Positions 31,547 to 41,648 of a DNA stretch of 64,000 nucleotides are shown in pieces. The DNA is taken from the NCBI GenBank assembly GCA_963770835.1, contig CAVYRH010000019.1, forward strand, positions 160,001-224,000, given 5' to 3'. A model generated the notes under the pieces. The model worked only from the letters and a program-made list of their open reading frames with translations, was not told the origin of the DNA and did no database searches. Within the stretch, counting starts at the first letter, position 1, and each line of letters begins with the position of its first letter. This DNA comes from an uncultured Pseudomonadota bacterium (GTDB taxonomy: Bacteria; Oederibacteriota; Muellerivitia; Muellerivitales; Muellerivitaceae). The position numbers were made by a program, and so were the translations under genes.

Positions 31547-32257
31547 TTAGTCTTTTTTTGCGGCTACGTAATATTGGGCGCCAAAGGGGAGCCACCCCAG
31601 ATACCGATCCAAGGACCGGAAGAAAGGGGCCTGGAAAGGCGTGAACAAGATATAGTTGCTTTCAACGATATGAGCGTTTTCCACCAAAAGCCTTTGAACC
31701 TTGCCCATTCCCAAGAGGATGGCATCGTTATCCATTTCGCAGCGGGAAACGGCAATTTGCGTAAGGGGGTTCAAGGGATTGTGCTCAAAGATCACTATCA
31801 ACCCGTCCTTTTTTGTGACACGCGCTGCTTCCGAGGCGAAGCGGCTCAGTCCCTCGGGCGCCACGTGGTGCATGACGCAAACAGCGAAGGTGACGTCTAT
31901 CGAACCAGAGGGATAAGGAAGGGTTTTACCCGCGTAGTGGCGGTAGGAGCCCTTGGGATTCAAGCTTTTGGCCTTGCGGACCACGCCCGGGCTCAAATCG
32001 ATTCCGTCGAGTTTCTTAAAATGCCCGGTTAAATAACGGTCCGTGATTCCCACGCCGCATCCCACGTCCAATATCTTCAAGCGGGTGGGATCTCCCACAT
32101 AGCGGCGGGTCAGGTCCAGCAGACAGTTGACTTTGACCCGCGTAAAAAAATCCAGGTCCTGGCCGATGAAGGAAATGGATTTCTGGATCTCCTGCCGGTA
32201 GGTTTCTTTATGACGCTCAAAATCCGCGCGGGGGGGTGCTGACGGGGTGGGTGGCAT
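31547..32257 (-). CDS. Class I SAM-dependent methyltransferase
   Basis: ILDVGCGVG, CVMHHV, IFEHNPLNPLT and LPFGAQY motifs. Confidence 0.9.
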   Translation of the reverse strand: MPPTPSAPPRADFERHKETYRQEIQKSISFIGQDLDFFTRVKVNCLLDLTRRYVGDPTRLKILDVGCGVGITDRYLTGHFKKLDGIDLSPGVVRKAKSLNPKGSYRHYAGKTLPYPSGSIDVTFAVCVMHHVAPEGLSRFASEAARVTKKDGLIVIFEHNPLNPLTQIAVSRCEMDNDAILLGMGKVQRLLVENAHIVESNYILFTPFQAPFFRSLDRYLGWLPFGAQYYVAAKKD

Positions 32258-32688
32258 GGATATATTTCACTCCTGCGAAGGATTGGAACCGGCGGATCCG
32301 CCGCCCGCAAGTGTACCATATTCGGTGTCTTTTCCACGCCCCGGAGCGGTTAAAGCCCCTTGGGATCTTCACCGCCGTGGCTGTTTCAAGGCAAAGGAGA
32401 CTCCGAAATTTGGTCTGGTTTCCCAGAACCTTCCCAACCTTGCCGGACATTGGATTTTCTTGCGGATTAAAACCAAAGTTCCCCGTCCAAATAATCTTAG
32501 GTGTCCGGTGGCATTGGCCCAACCTCTCCCCGGTGGGAGGGCTTAAAATTTTTATTCGCCGTTTTAACGGACAGGTATCCAACCGGCGGGATGCCAAAAA
32601 AGGTGTTTCCTTGACGGGCGGAAAGCTTTGCAGTATATCTAGGCCGGTATTTCAAACGACTTCGGCTTCGAAAGCGGATTTTCAATCT

Positions 32689-35130
32689 ATGAAAAACTCC
32701 GGCAGGTCATCCCCAGGAACCAAACGGAATAAAATTTCAACACCGGAAAAGCCAAGCTTCCCTCCCCCTTTGCAGCGGGCCATAGCGGTTGGAGCGGGGT
32801 TGTTTCTGGGAGGTTATCTCGTCGTAACCCACCAGACGCTTTTCCACACCTTAGCCGGCTTCGCCTTATGGGCTGTCGCGATTTCCCTTTCTTTGGTTTG
32901 GTTTCCCCAGGTGCCTGGGGCTGAAATTTTTTCCAGGTTGCTGGCTCCAGGATCGAAAGGAAACCACGAATGGAGTTTGGGGAAAATAACCCTCGTCGGG
33001 ACCGGCGTCCTGGCGGCTTTGGGCCTTTCAAATTACTTCCTGGGACAAACAAGGGTGTGGTTTTTTCTTCTTTCGCTACTCATCCTGGGATGGTGTTTAA
33101 CCCTCTTGGAGGACCACCTCCCCCGCCCTTTGGGTGACCAGGTTTCGGAACCATCCGTGCTCCATAGATTCAGCTTTCCTTGGTCGGCGGTCGCCATCCT
33201 TTTGTGCGGTTCCTTTTTTCTCTTTTACCGTTGGCACGCGCTTCACATAGGCTACGATACGGATGGTATCAAAAGCCTTGAACTGGCCGAAGCCTGCGTG
33301 TCGGAATTCACGACTCCCTACGTGGACGGCTGGGTTCCGGGCAACCCCATCTTTCCCTATTTCCTGATGGGTATTTTCTTTAAGTTGGTGGGCATTTCGT
33401 TTGACAAGGGAGTCCTTTTTATAGCCCTCCTCAACTTGGCGGGTTTTCTTTTCTTTTACGGATTTGCCCGTTTTTACCTCCCCAAGCTGCCCGCCCTGGC
33501 CGCGACCCTTTTTTTTTCCATGTCGCATTGGGTTATTTATCCCGCCCGGGAAATCACCGGAATAAGGGGAATGCTTGTTCCTTTTGAGTGCGCCGTTCTC
33601 TTCTTTTTCGCGCGCGCCTTGGAAAGCGGCAAAGCCCGGGATTATGCCCTTTTCGGGACTCTTCTGGCCGTTTCGGTGTTGATCGGCCTTCAAAACTGGA
33701 TTTTAGTGCTTTTATTCATTCTGGCCCTGTCGATCTTTTGGATATTCCGCCCTTCCCTTATTCAAAACCAAAAATGGTCCTGGGCACTGGCCCTGCTGGT
33801 TGCTCTTCTTTGGTATTTTCCGATCCTCCTTCATTTCAGCGAAGGCAACGCCTATGGCTTCTTCATGGACCAATTCAATACTAAAAGCGTTTGGCACGGG
33901 CCGAGGATTCCTTGGGACAGCGTCTACATGGGCCTGCGAATGTTCAATGTCGGTTCCCAGGAAAACTTGGTGAACTTTCTCCCGCTCTTGAGCCCCTGGG
34001 AAGGGATTTTCTTCCTGGCGGGCTTGGGTTTTTGTTTAAGGCGTTTTTTCCGGCTTTCCTCCCTTTTTGTCATCCTGGGCTTTTTAGGAGGCCTGGCCCC
34101 CGCCATTCTGACGATTGTCAATACCACTTTGAGGTCCTTGACGGCCGTCCCCTTCGTTTTTTTGCTGGTGGGCATCGGATTGGACCGACTGGGGATGGTG
34201 CTGACCGCCCCCCTGGGCCGCCGCGGAAGGGCCTGGGGTTTCCTCTTAGGAGGGGCAATCCTCGTCTTGGCGGCCGGGTGGCACTTCGACGCTTTTTTCA
34301 ACCAGATTCCCCGGTACAAGGATTCTTATTGGATCCCCAACGGGCGGGCTTATCTATTTGGAACCATCACCGCCAAGCACCTGCAGGGATGGGATACCTA
34401 CGTCGATTTGTGGGACGGGACCTACTTGCACCCCGAAAACAATTATTTCTATTCAAGAGCCGATATGGAGAAGGGTCGAAGAATCATTTTCCGCCCGGAT
34501 CAATCACCCCTGCCCTTAAAAAACATCCCTGAAAAGGGCGCCCTTATCCTCTTCCCCGACAAATTGGGAAAAACCTACCGGGATTCGATCAACTATTACT
34601 ACCCCGCGGCCCAGGAGAAGGAAATCCTCAACCCCTTTGGGGATGTGGAATTCCGGTCTTGGGAAATAAGCCCGGTCGAGATCCAGGAGGCCTTGAAACG
34701 GCCGGCGCCTTTGGAAGGCATGACGCTCGGTTATTTTGATGCCCAAGGTCGGAAGCTTGGCCAATGGCAGATCCCCACGCTTTCGGCGGAGCTGCTTAAC
34801 GAAGAATGGTTTGCTCCTTGTACGGATAAACCGCCTTTTCCCTCGGAAAAAATTGCCTATTTCGTGGTTCAGGGGAGTTTAGAGAATCCCGCCGGAAAAG
34901 TTTTGGCCTTTGAAACAAGCGGTCGGGCGGATGGATTCATCGGCAACCGGAAAATCCAACTCGATGGACAGGGTTCCTTAAAGCGCTTCGAGATTCCCCT
35001 ACATTCCAAGAAACCTGATCATTTTGAGATCCGTTATTTCCTTCCAAAAGAAGGAAGGTTCGATCTCAACCTTTGGGAGCGTACACCCTTGGGTTGGGAC
35101 ATGGTCCCTTCCTCGGAATTAAACCCCTAG
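32689..35130 (+). CDS. GT-C (PMT/ArnT-like, GT39/GT83-type) polytopic membrane protein with degenerate C-terminal beta domain
   Basis: FYRWHALHIGYDTDG first loop, many TMs, SHWVIYPAR; ends WDMVPSSELNP. ATG at 32689 chosen over the ORF-track start. Confidence 0.75.
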   Translation: MKNSGRSSPGTKRNKISTPEKPSFPPPLQRAIAVGAGLFLGGYLVVTHQTLFHTLAGFALWAVAISLSLVWFPQVPGAEIFSRLLAPGSKGNHEWSLGKITLVGTGVLAALGLSNYFLGQTRVWFFLLSLLILGWCLTLLEDHLPRPLGDQVSEPSVLHRFSFPWSAVAILLCGSFFLFYRWHALHIGYDTDGIKSLELAEACVSEFTTPYVDGWVPGNPIFPYFLMGIFFKLVGISFDKGVLFIALLNLAGFLFFYGFARFYLPKLPALAATLFFSMSHWVIYPAREITGIRGMLVPFECAVLFFFARALESGKARDYALFGTLLAVSVLIGLQNWILVLLFILALSIFWIFRPSLIQNQKWSWALALLVALLWYFPILLHFSEGNAYGFFMDQFNTKSVWHGPRIPWDSVYMGLRMFNVGSQENLVNFLPLLSPWEGIFFLAGLGFCLRRFFRLSSLFVILGFLGGLAPAILTIVNTTLRSLTAVPFVFLLVGIGLDRLGMVLTAPLGRRGRAWGFLLGGAILVLAAGWHFDAFFNQIPRYKDSYWIPNGRAYLFGTITAKHLQGWDTYVDLWDGTYLHPENNYFYSRADMEKGRRIIFRPDQSPLPLKNIPEKGALILFPDKLGKTYRDSINYYYPAAQEKEILNPFGDVEFRSWEISPVEIQEALKRPAPLEGMTLGYFDAQGRKLGQWQIPTLSAELLNEEWFAPCTDKPPFPSEKIAYFVVQGSLENPAGKVLAFETSGRADGFIGNRKIQLDGQGSLKRFEIPLHSKKPDHFEIRYFLPKEGRFDLNLWERTPLGWDMVPSSELNP

Positions 35131-35193
35131 GAAAGGAACACTTTGCGCGGCCCCGGATTCTCAGGGTTTCAAGCCTAAAGTCGGGAGAAATTT

Positions 35194-35901
35194 ATGCCAA
35201 AAACAGCGAAATCATCCACAAAGCCGAAACGCCCTTTAACTGTGCGGCAAGAGGGCACCGCCCGGACTTTTCGATCGGCCACCAACAACACCCGCGCCCG
35301 CATTGCTTTTGTCTCTTTACTTTTTGCCTTGGCGTTTTTGCTCACTTTTCATTCCAACTTGCGGATGGCGCGGCTTTGGTTGAGCCATGATGTGTTTGAA
35401 AGGCACAGGCTGAACTTCAGTTTGGAGGGTGTTCCGGCTGAATGGGGATACGCGGCATGGCTGGGCCCGCCACAAGAAATCCCGGCCGGCTCTAGGTTTC
35501 CATGGGAGCAGCCGGCAAGCGAAACGCCGCGGAATATTCCACCTTTACTTAACCATAATATTGGCGGCGGCCCATTGGTGATTAACGGCGTCACCTTCCA
35601 GTCAGGGGTCGGCACCCATGCCCCGGGGAAAATCGCCTTCTCGCTTGACGGAAAATTCAGCCGTTTCTCCTGCGGGGTCGGTTTGGACGCAACCTCAGTC
35701 TTAAGCCGGGGCGTGATTTATACCGTGATCGCCGACGGACGGGAAATCCTCCGAAGCCCAAAATTGAATTCAGACGCCGATCCCTATCCGGTGGACGTCG
35801 AAGTGGGCGGGGTCCATGAGCTGGTTTTGAATGCCGTGCAAACTGATTTTGCCGACACCAGGAGCAATGTGGATTGGGTGAACCTGAAGTTCGAGAAGTA
35901 G
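35194..35901 (+). CDS. Membrane-anchored NPCBM/NEW2 carbohydrate-binding-domain protein
   Basis: GVGTHAPGKIAFSLDG, FSCGVGLD, VIADGREI and VDWVN motifs; basic leader plus one TM. Confidence 0.85.
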   Translation: MPKTAKSSTKPKRPLTVRQEGTARTFRSATNNTRARIAFVSLLFALAFLLTFHSNLRMARLWLSHDVFERHRLNFSLEGVPAEWGYAAWLGPPQEIPAGSRFPWEQPASETPRNIPPLLNHNIGGGPLVINGVTFQSGVGTHAPGKIAFSLDGKFSRFSCGVGLDATSVLSRGVIYTVIADGREILRSPKLNSDADPYPVDVEVGGVHELVLNAVQTDFADTRSNVDWVNLKFEK

Positions 35902-35946
35902 TCGGGTTTAGAGAAGGGGCGGCGCTCAAATGGCAAGGACATTCGG

Positions 35947-38900
35947 TCAGCGGATTTCACCAAAGGCTGAATTGGGCACTACTTCCGGCACCCCGTTGGG
36001 CTTCAACCAGATGAACGAGTAGCTCCCAAAGCCTCCTCCGTTATTAGCCGCGAAAGCTTCCACCGAATGGGGGCCTTTCTTTAAAACGAGGCCCTTCCTT
36101 CCGGACTCCGTCGCGTCCTTGCCGTCGATCTTGATTTGTCCCAAATTGGCAGGGGTGAATGAAACCCGGTAGTTTCCAGGTTCCTCGACCATGAGGGTTC
36201 CGCTCCAGCGGATCGAACCGATGGGTTGGGTGGCGAAGTCGTTCCCATTGGTGTAATTCAAAACGGGGTCCCACTCCTCCAAAAAGGGTTCTCCCTTCCC
36301 CTCCGGGTCACGGTAATAACGGCCTAACAAACCCCGGGGGGAGGGCAGGCTGTCAAAGGAACCGGCGTCCAGCATGATGGGAATCCCTGTTTTGGGCGTT
36401 TGTTGGACCGTTAACACCGGTGCCACCGCATCCGGTGCAGTCAGCTCCACTTCGATGGGGTGTTCGCCTTTTTCCAAGTGGAAATAGCCGCCCGGCGCGG
36501 CCTTTTGGTTTTTAACCTGCAATACCGCTTCCGCGTTGCCTTTGAATTCCCACTTGTAATCGCCCGTCTGCGGAACATAAAGGTTTCCGGATAAAACCGC
36601 GTGATAGGGGCCCTTCGGCAGCCCGGCCGGGAACTGGTTGACCTGCGTTTTCTCAACTCCCTCCACTGGCCTGTCGAAAAGGGCGGTCAAACCCCTGACT
36701 TTTGCCACCTCAGAGGGAGGCACCCGGTAAAAATACTCCGCGGTATTTCCCGCCGGATCCAGCAGATAGCCCGCCGTACCTCCGGGATAAAGGTTCGTGA
36801 GCATGTCCAGGACGCCCGTCCGGCCCTGCTCAATGGCGTAATAAATCCCGCGGGAAACGGTCGGGAAATGGGAAATTTGGCAATCGGGTAACAGCAGGGG
36901 ATGGAGCCGGTCCTGGTGGAAGTAACCGAAGAAGTCGATGGTGTAATAATTGAAATACACGGGCGAGATGTAATAGTCGTAATCATCGCCAAATTTGGCG
37001 ATCGCCTTGCCGATGGCCGTTTCCCGGGCCGAGTATTCGGACCAGCTGGAAATGCTCCTCGCCATGATCCGGAAATAAGCATCATAGTTCTGCAGGGCCA
37101 TGAAGAGCAGGGGCAAGGCAAACAACGCCGGGAAGGCCAAGTTCCCCTTCTCGCCAAAAAGGTTCCGGAATCGGCCCCAAAGGGCGGCCAGGGGCAGGGC
37201 CGCCAGCAGGGCGATGAAGGGCGTGGTTCCCAGCATGCGGTTGGCGTGGGCGGCGTCGATGGAAAGCACGCAAGGCACGGTCATCACCAAAAGGCCCACC
37301 AGGCCGTAGAACCAAGGCTTCTTGCGCAGGAAAACCATCGCGCCCACAATCCCAAAAAGGAAAAGGACTGCCGTAACGTCGTCCAACATGCGGTAATCCT
37401 GGATATTGTGGCGGGACATGGCATCCCCGTGCCAGTTGAACATAACAGCCGTGCGCCAGAGGTTGTAGATGAGTGGCTGGTAGTTAGTGACATTCTGATC
37501 GTGCATGCGGGAAAAGATCAGCAGATCCCCTTCCCGGCTTCCCCCCAGCTGCTGCCGAATGTCGTAAGTCCTTTGAATAAATGGATAAGCCAGCACCAGG
37601 AAGACGATGGAAAAGCCCAACAGGGATTTCCAACTGTCCCGGACCAGTTTCCAATGGGAGGCAATTTCGTAGGCGGCGAAGAGCAGAATGAGCAGGGGAA
37701 CGATCTTATAGGCCTGGTAGGTGTAAAGCCCGATGGCGAAGAAGGCACCCGCGATAAGCGCCGAAAGGTAGGATTCCCTGTTCTTATTGGCCTTCCAGAA
37801 ATAAACAACGCAGGCCACACCGGCCAAAAACAAAAGCACCGTCAAAACCACGACCGGTAAATGCATTACTTCCAAGACGGATTTATAGGCAAAGAAGAGG
37901 AAAGGCAGGCAACCTAAAAGGAAGAAAAGCACGAAAGCGATGGCCGCAGGGCGGAAAAACTTTTCTTTCGTGGGGCGCAGGGAATAGGTCAGGAAAGCCA
38001 GTGTGCCGAACAGGTAAAAAGGCACTTCGATGGTCGGGAAGCCGTTTCGGCTGAAATTGACGTTCCAGCGCATGACCGCCAGCACGAAAAGGCCCAAAAG
38101 CGCAACGCGCTGCCCGCCGATCTGCCGGAAGGTCCAATAAACCAGGGGGAAGGTGGCCAGGGACAAAAGGGCATAGAAAAGGTAAAACCCGAATTGGGAC
38201 GGAATGCAGTGGAAAGGCGAAAGGCAGAGGAACCACCCGGCCAATTGGTAAAGCAAAAGGGCGGGATTCTGCCAGACATCGAATTCCCAGACCGGCCAAT
38301 AGGAATGTTCGTGAAGGATGCGAAGAGCCGACCAGCCTTCCATTCCCTGGTCGATAAACATGCCCGAAGGCATGGAACCCAACCGGAAGATCCTAAAAAA
38401 GGCCGCCAGCAACAGAATGGCCCCGAAGGCAAAACACTCCACCCTTCCAGGGAGCGGCGCGGGTTCGGGTTCACCTTTAGTGCGAAGCAGGAAAAGGCCG
38501 GCAGTGAAAACCGCGCCAGCGAGGAAATAGAGGCCCCAAAGACCCCAACCAGGAACCTGGGAGGAATTCACCACTGCGGCCTGGCAAAGCCCGCCGATGA
38601 AAAATCCCAGTAGGACCAGGACCAGTCCGGCCCAAGTAAGCGGGGTGGGGCCGGTTCCTTTCCATCGCAGGGACAAAGAACGGCCCGAGGTGCTGCGGCG
38701 GGCCTTCCCCGCTTTGGGAGGCGGGGAGGGGCGGCCGGTCCCTTTCCGGGGCTTAGGCAAGCCTCCGAGCAGGACCAGCGCCAGCAGGGCCAGGGGTACG
38801 GCCAAGAGGGTAAACCCCAGGACCACGCTTCCTTTATGAATCAGCCAAACCCCCGCCGCCGACAATAGGAGGGCATAGGCGGTGACGGCATTTGGATGTA

Positions 38901-38994
38901 AAAGGGATAAAAGGAGGTTTTTAAGGTGTAAAAAAACCGGGGGACGGCGGAATGAAGTGGATTTCTTTATGCGGGATTTCTTCCGGGTTGCCAT
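35947..38994 (-). CDS. GT-C (PMT/ArnT-like) membrane glycosyltransferase with two PA14-like domains
   Basis: FRLGSMPSGMFIDQ, RWNVNFSR and GLYTYQAYK motifs; PA14-like LSGNLYVPQTGDY..LEKGEHPIEV and GLLGRYY..RWSGTL..LKKGPH. Confidence 0.85.
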   Translation of the reverse strand: MATRKKSRIKKSTSFRRPPVFLHLKNLLLSLLHPNAVTAYALLLSAAGVWLIHKGSVVLGFTLLAVPLALLALVLLGGLPKPRKGTGRPSPPPKAGKARRSTSGRSLSLRWKGTGPTPLTWAGLVLVLLGFFIGGLCQAAVVNSSQVPGWGLWGLYFLAGAVFTAGLFLLRTKGEPEPAPLPGRVECFAFGAILLLAAFFRIFRLGSMPSGMFIDQGMEGWSALRILHEHSYWPVWEFDVWQNPALLLYQLAGWFLCLSPFHCIPSQFGFYLFYALLSLATFPLVYWTFRQIGGQRVALLGLFVLAVMRWNVNFSRNGFPTIEVPFYLFGTLAFLTYSLRPTKEKFFRPAAIAFVLFFLLGCLPFLFFAYKSVLEVMHLPVVVLTVLLFLAGVACVVYFWKANKNRESYLSALIAGAFFAIGLYTYQAYKIVPLLILLFAAYEIASHWKLVRDSWKSLLGFSIVFLVLAYPFIQRTYDIRQQLGGSREGDLLIFSRMHDQNVTNYQPLIYNLWRTAVMFNWHGDAMSRHNIQDYRMLDDVTAVLFLFGIVGAMVFLRKKPWFYGLVGLLVMTVPCVLSIDAAHANRMLGTTPFIALLAALPLAALWGRFRNLFGEKGNLAFPALFALPLLFMALQNYDAYFRIMARSISSWSEYSARETAIGKAIAKFGDDYDYYISPVYFNYYTIDFFGYFHQDRLHPLLLPDCQISHFPTVSRGIYYAIEQGRTGVLDMLTNLYPGGTAGYLLDPAGNTAEYFYRVPPSEVAKVRGLTALFDRPVEGVEKTQVNQFPAGLPKGPYHAVLSGNLYVPQTGDYKWEFKGNAEAVLQVKNQKAAPGGYFHLEKGEHPIEVELTAPDAVAPVLTVQQTPKTGIPIMLDAGSFDSLPSPRGLLGRYYRDPEGKGEPFLEEWDPVLNYTNGNDFATQPIGSIRWSGTLMVEEPGNYRVSFTPANLGQIKIDGKDATESGRKGLVLKKGPHSVEAFAANNGGGFGSYSFIWLKPNGVPEVVPNSAFGEIR

Positions 38995-39176
38995 AAATTC
39001 CTTATGAAGTGAAATGTCGTCGGCGCCCTTGGCGGCTAAATTTTATCCTAGGAGTTTTGAATTGCCAACCTTCAACCCTTCCAGGAAGCCCTTTCTTTCT
39101 TCGCTTTTTCCCGCCTCGCTTCCCCCTTCCACTAGTAAAGTCAAGGATTGGAAATCGATGCGCCCGCACTTTAAAT

Positions 39177-41645
39177 TCAAGGGCCTGCAGGAGAAACCCC
39201 GCCGTCTTGGGCGAGGTCGTCCAGGGGCTCGGCCCATCCCTCCGGGTCGGAACGTACCAGGACTTGCGGAATTTGGTGTTCCTGGTTAAACGCGGTTAGG
39301 ATTTCGGCTTCATGCTTTCCCACAGCCAGGTTCAGCTTCACCGATTTGAGGAACAATCCCGTGGGCCGTTTGACCTCCAATATTTCCCGGCCATCCACCC
39401 AAAGCTGGCTGGTATTGAGGGTCTGGAGGATAAAAGTGTAGTCACCCGACTTGGGTGCGATCAAGGTTCCCGAAACGCGGGCCGTATTGCCGCCGCCCAT
39501 GTAGTCAAGGGAGTCGGCGTCGTTCCAGTGGGCCTGCCGGTCCTCGTAGCGCATCAGGCCGCGGCCTAGCCCCAGGTTCCCGTAAAACCTCCGCCACCAA
39601 AAGGAACCCGGCTTGTACTCGACGTAAAAAAGGTCCTTGGAGTTTTGGGTGATCTGGGCAAAGGGGATCACAACCCAACGCAGGACGATCTGGGGATAAT
39701 CCAGGGACTTTTCATGCCATGTGCCGCCCGGATAGGCCTGGCTTAATTTGGTTTGGCAGGCGGTATCCCCGCCGGCCATGATCACCGCCAAATCCTTTCC
39801 CTTTTCCCCTTCCTCTAGGTCGATGGGGTTGGAAGCGAGCATCTGATGAGCGTCCCGGCCCTCACTGATCAAATCGATGGCGGATTCGCCGAAATAACCC
39901 TGGGTCGAGGCCGTGTAGATACGATCCTGTGGAAGGGTGTTCATCACGTCCTGCGACAGGGTATCCGGCCAGCGCATGTCCATCCACTTTTTCAGTATCT
40001 GGATATTGGAGGCCAGCATCCAGAGGCCGAAGAGCAAAAGCAGGGCCGTACCCCAGGCCCCACCTTTCTTCACCGGGGAGAGGCGGAAAGCCTGCCACAA
40101 CCGGTAGGCGCCCCAGGCGGCGATCAGATACATGGGAAGAAGGGCGGCCATGAGCCGGTTGGAATGGGCGCCGTGGGTGACGAAGAACGAGGTATATCCG
40201 ATGAAGAAAAGGCCCAGGACCGAGGCTTGGATTAGGCGGGGCTTGGCGAAAAAGGAGGCCAGGGCCGCCGCCCCAAAGGCCGGGATGAAGAAATCCATGT
40301 AGGAATCCTCATGCATGGGGGGAATATTCCAAAAGGGATTCGTGTCGTCATAGCTGAACATCAGCCGGAAGCCGTTCCAAAATGTCGCGAAAAGGTATCT
40401 CCAGGCTTCAGCCAGGGCGAGCCCGTAACGCGGGTTGAAGATCACCGTCTCATTGGCATGGTCCGAGTAGACGGGTTGTGCCCAAAGCGGGCTTAAAAGC
40501 AGGGCTGTCAAAAGGGCGCCCGTGGCCCATTTCCAGGTCCAATCGTTCCCCCGGGTCTGCCAGCCGGCCCAAAGATAAAGCGCGGCCAGGACCAAAACGA
40601 TGGCCGGCAAACCCGCCCCTTCAGCGAAAAACCGCACGCCCGACCAGGAGTGGGAAAGCACGACCTGGTTGACATAGGCGAAGGCGAAAACCCAGCCGGC
40701 CATGACACCGAAGGCCAGGGCCCAGGTGGCCCGGCTCTTCGGCCGGGTTTCGGGGCGCCAAAGGATCCACAACCACAAAAAACCTATCACCGCGGGGGTC
40801 CATAAGCGGAAGGCCACGTAAATCCACGACCCCAGGGCCATGGCCAACCCCCATTGGATGAAATGGGACAGTTTCGGGTTTTTCAGGAGCCGGAAAAGGA
40901 AAAGCAGGGTCAAGGCGCAGGCCAGCACATCCGTGTGGAACCCAAAATTGATTTTGGAAATCTGGATAAGGGTCTTGCTGATGGTGCCCATGGCCATGAG
41001 GATCAATCCCCCGCGCCGGCCGCCAAATTCCTTGCCCAGCAGGTAAAAGGACCAAAGGATGAAAAGATCCACCAGGACCGAGGAGAGGGTCAGGGCGACG
41101 TTGGCCGTGGCCTGCGGTATGAGGGACCAGACCCCTGCGGAAAGATAGGCGAAAAAGGGCTCCCGCAGGCCGTAGGGCAGGAGGATGGGCCTGTCCCCGT
41201 ATTCCATGATATCAAGCGCCTCGTGGGCGCACATCCAGTGGTCATTATCGATGCAACCCGAAATACGGTTGATGTCATGTAGCCTTAAGGCGGCTCCCAG
41301 GACCAGCAAAGCGAAAAAAAGAGGCCGGGAAACCCGCGTGGGGAGGTCTTCGACCATGCCATTCTCCGGAAGGCGGCGGAAAAAATAAACCAGCCCCACG
41401 AAGCCGGCCAAAAGGAGGAAATAGAAAACCGTGGTCGGAAAAGGACGCCAAAGGGGAAGCACGAATTTGGCGTTGGGAAGGGTGAAGAGCGCTAGCAACA
41501 CCAGGACCCAGGAGGCGATCAGGCCGGCAAAGCCTCGGGCCGGAAGGGTCTCCGGTGCGGGGGCCTTGACTACGGCCGGTTTCCCGCCCCTCTTGGGCTT
41601 CAACCCTTTGGGCGCAGGACGCTTTTTCCCGGGACGGGAGGCCAT
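39177..41645 (-). CDS. GT-C membrane glycosyltransferase with PA14-like domain
   Basis: LRLHDINRISGCIDNDH, REPFFAY and YLLGKEFGG motifs; RVSGTLIAPKSGDYTF..LWVDG..LAVGKH. Confidence 0.82.
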   Translation of the reverse strand: MASRPGKKRPAPKGLKPKRGGKPAVVKAPAPETLPARGFAGLIASWVLVLLALFTLPNAKFVLPLWRPFPTTVFYFLLLAGFVGLVYFFRRLPENGMVEDLPTRVSRPLFFALLVLGAALRLHDINRISGCIDNDHWMCAHEALDIMEYGDRPILLPYGLREPFFAYLSAGVWSLIPQATANVALTLSSVLVDLFILWSFYLLGKEFGGRRGGLILMAMGTISKTLIQISKINFGFHTDVLACALTLLFLFRLLKNPKLSHFIQWGLAMALGSWIYVAFRLWTPAVIGFLWLWILWRPETRPKSRATWALAFGVMAGWVFAFAYVNQVVLSHSWSGVRFFAEGAGLPAIVLVLAALYLWAGWQTRGNDWTWKWATGALLTALLLSPLWAQPVYSDHANETVIFNPRYGLALAEAWRYLFATFWNGFRLMFSYDDTNPFWNIPPMHEDSYMDFFIPAFGAAALASFFAKPRLIQASVLGLFFIGYTSFFVTHGAHSNRLMAALLPMYLIAAWGAYRLWQAFRLSPVKKGGAWGTALLLLFGLWMLASNIQILKKWMDMRWPDTLSQDVMNTLPQDRIYTASTQGYFGESAIDLISEGRDAHQMLASNPIDLEEGEKGKDLAVIMAGGDTACQTKLSQAYPGGTWHEKSLDYPQIVLRWVVIPFAQITQNSKDLFYVEYKPGSFWWRRFYGNLGLGRGLMRYEDRQAHWNDADSLDYMGGGNTARVSGTLIAPKSGDYTFILQTLNTSQLWVDGREILEVKRPTGLFLKSVKLNLAVGKHEAEILTAFNQEHQIPQVLVRSDPEGWAEPLDDLAQDGGVSPAGP

Positions 41646-41648
41646 GGA

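Noticed and set aside
32236..32688. 151-aa N-terminal extension of the GT-C ORF
   Set aside because: It overlaps the divergent gene's start and is not protein-like; better read as a divergent promoter region (TTGACG at 32611, weak -10).
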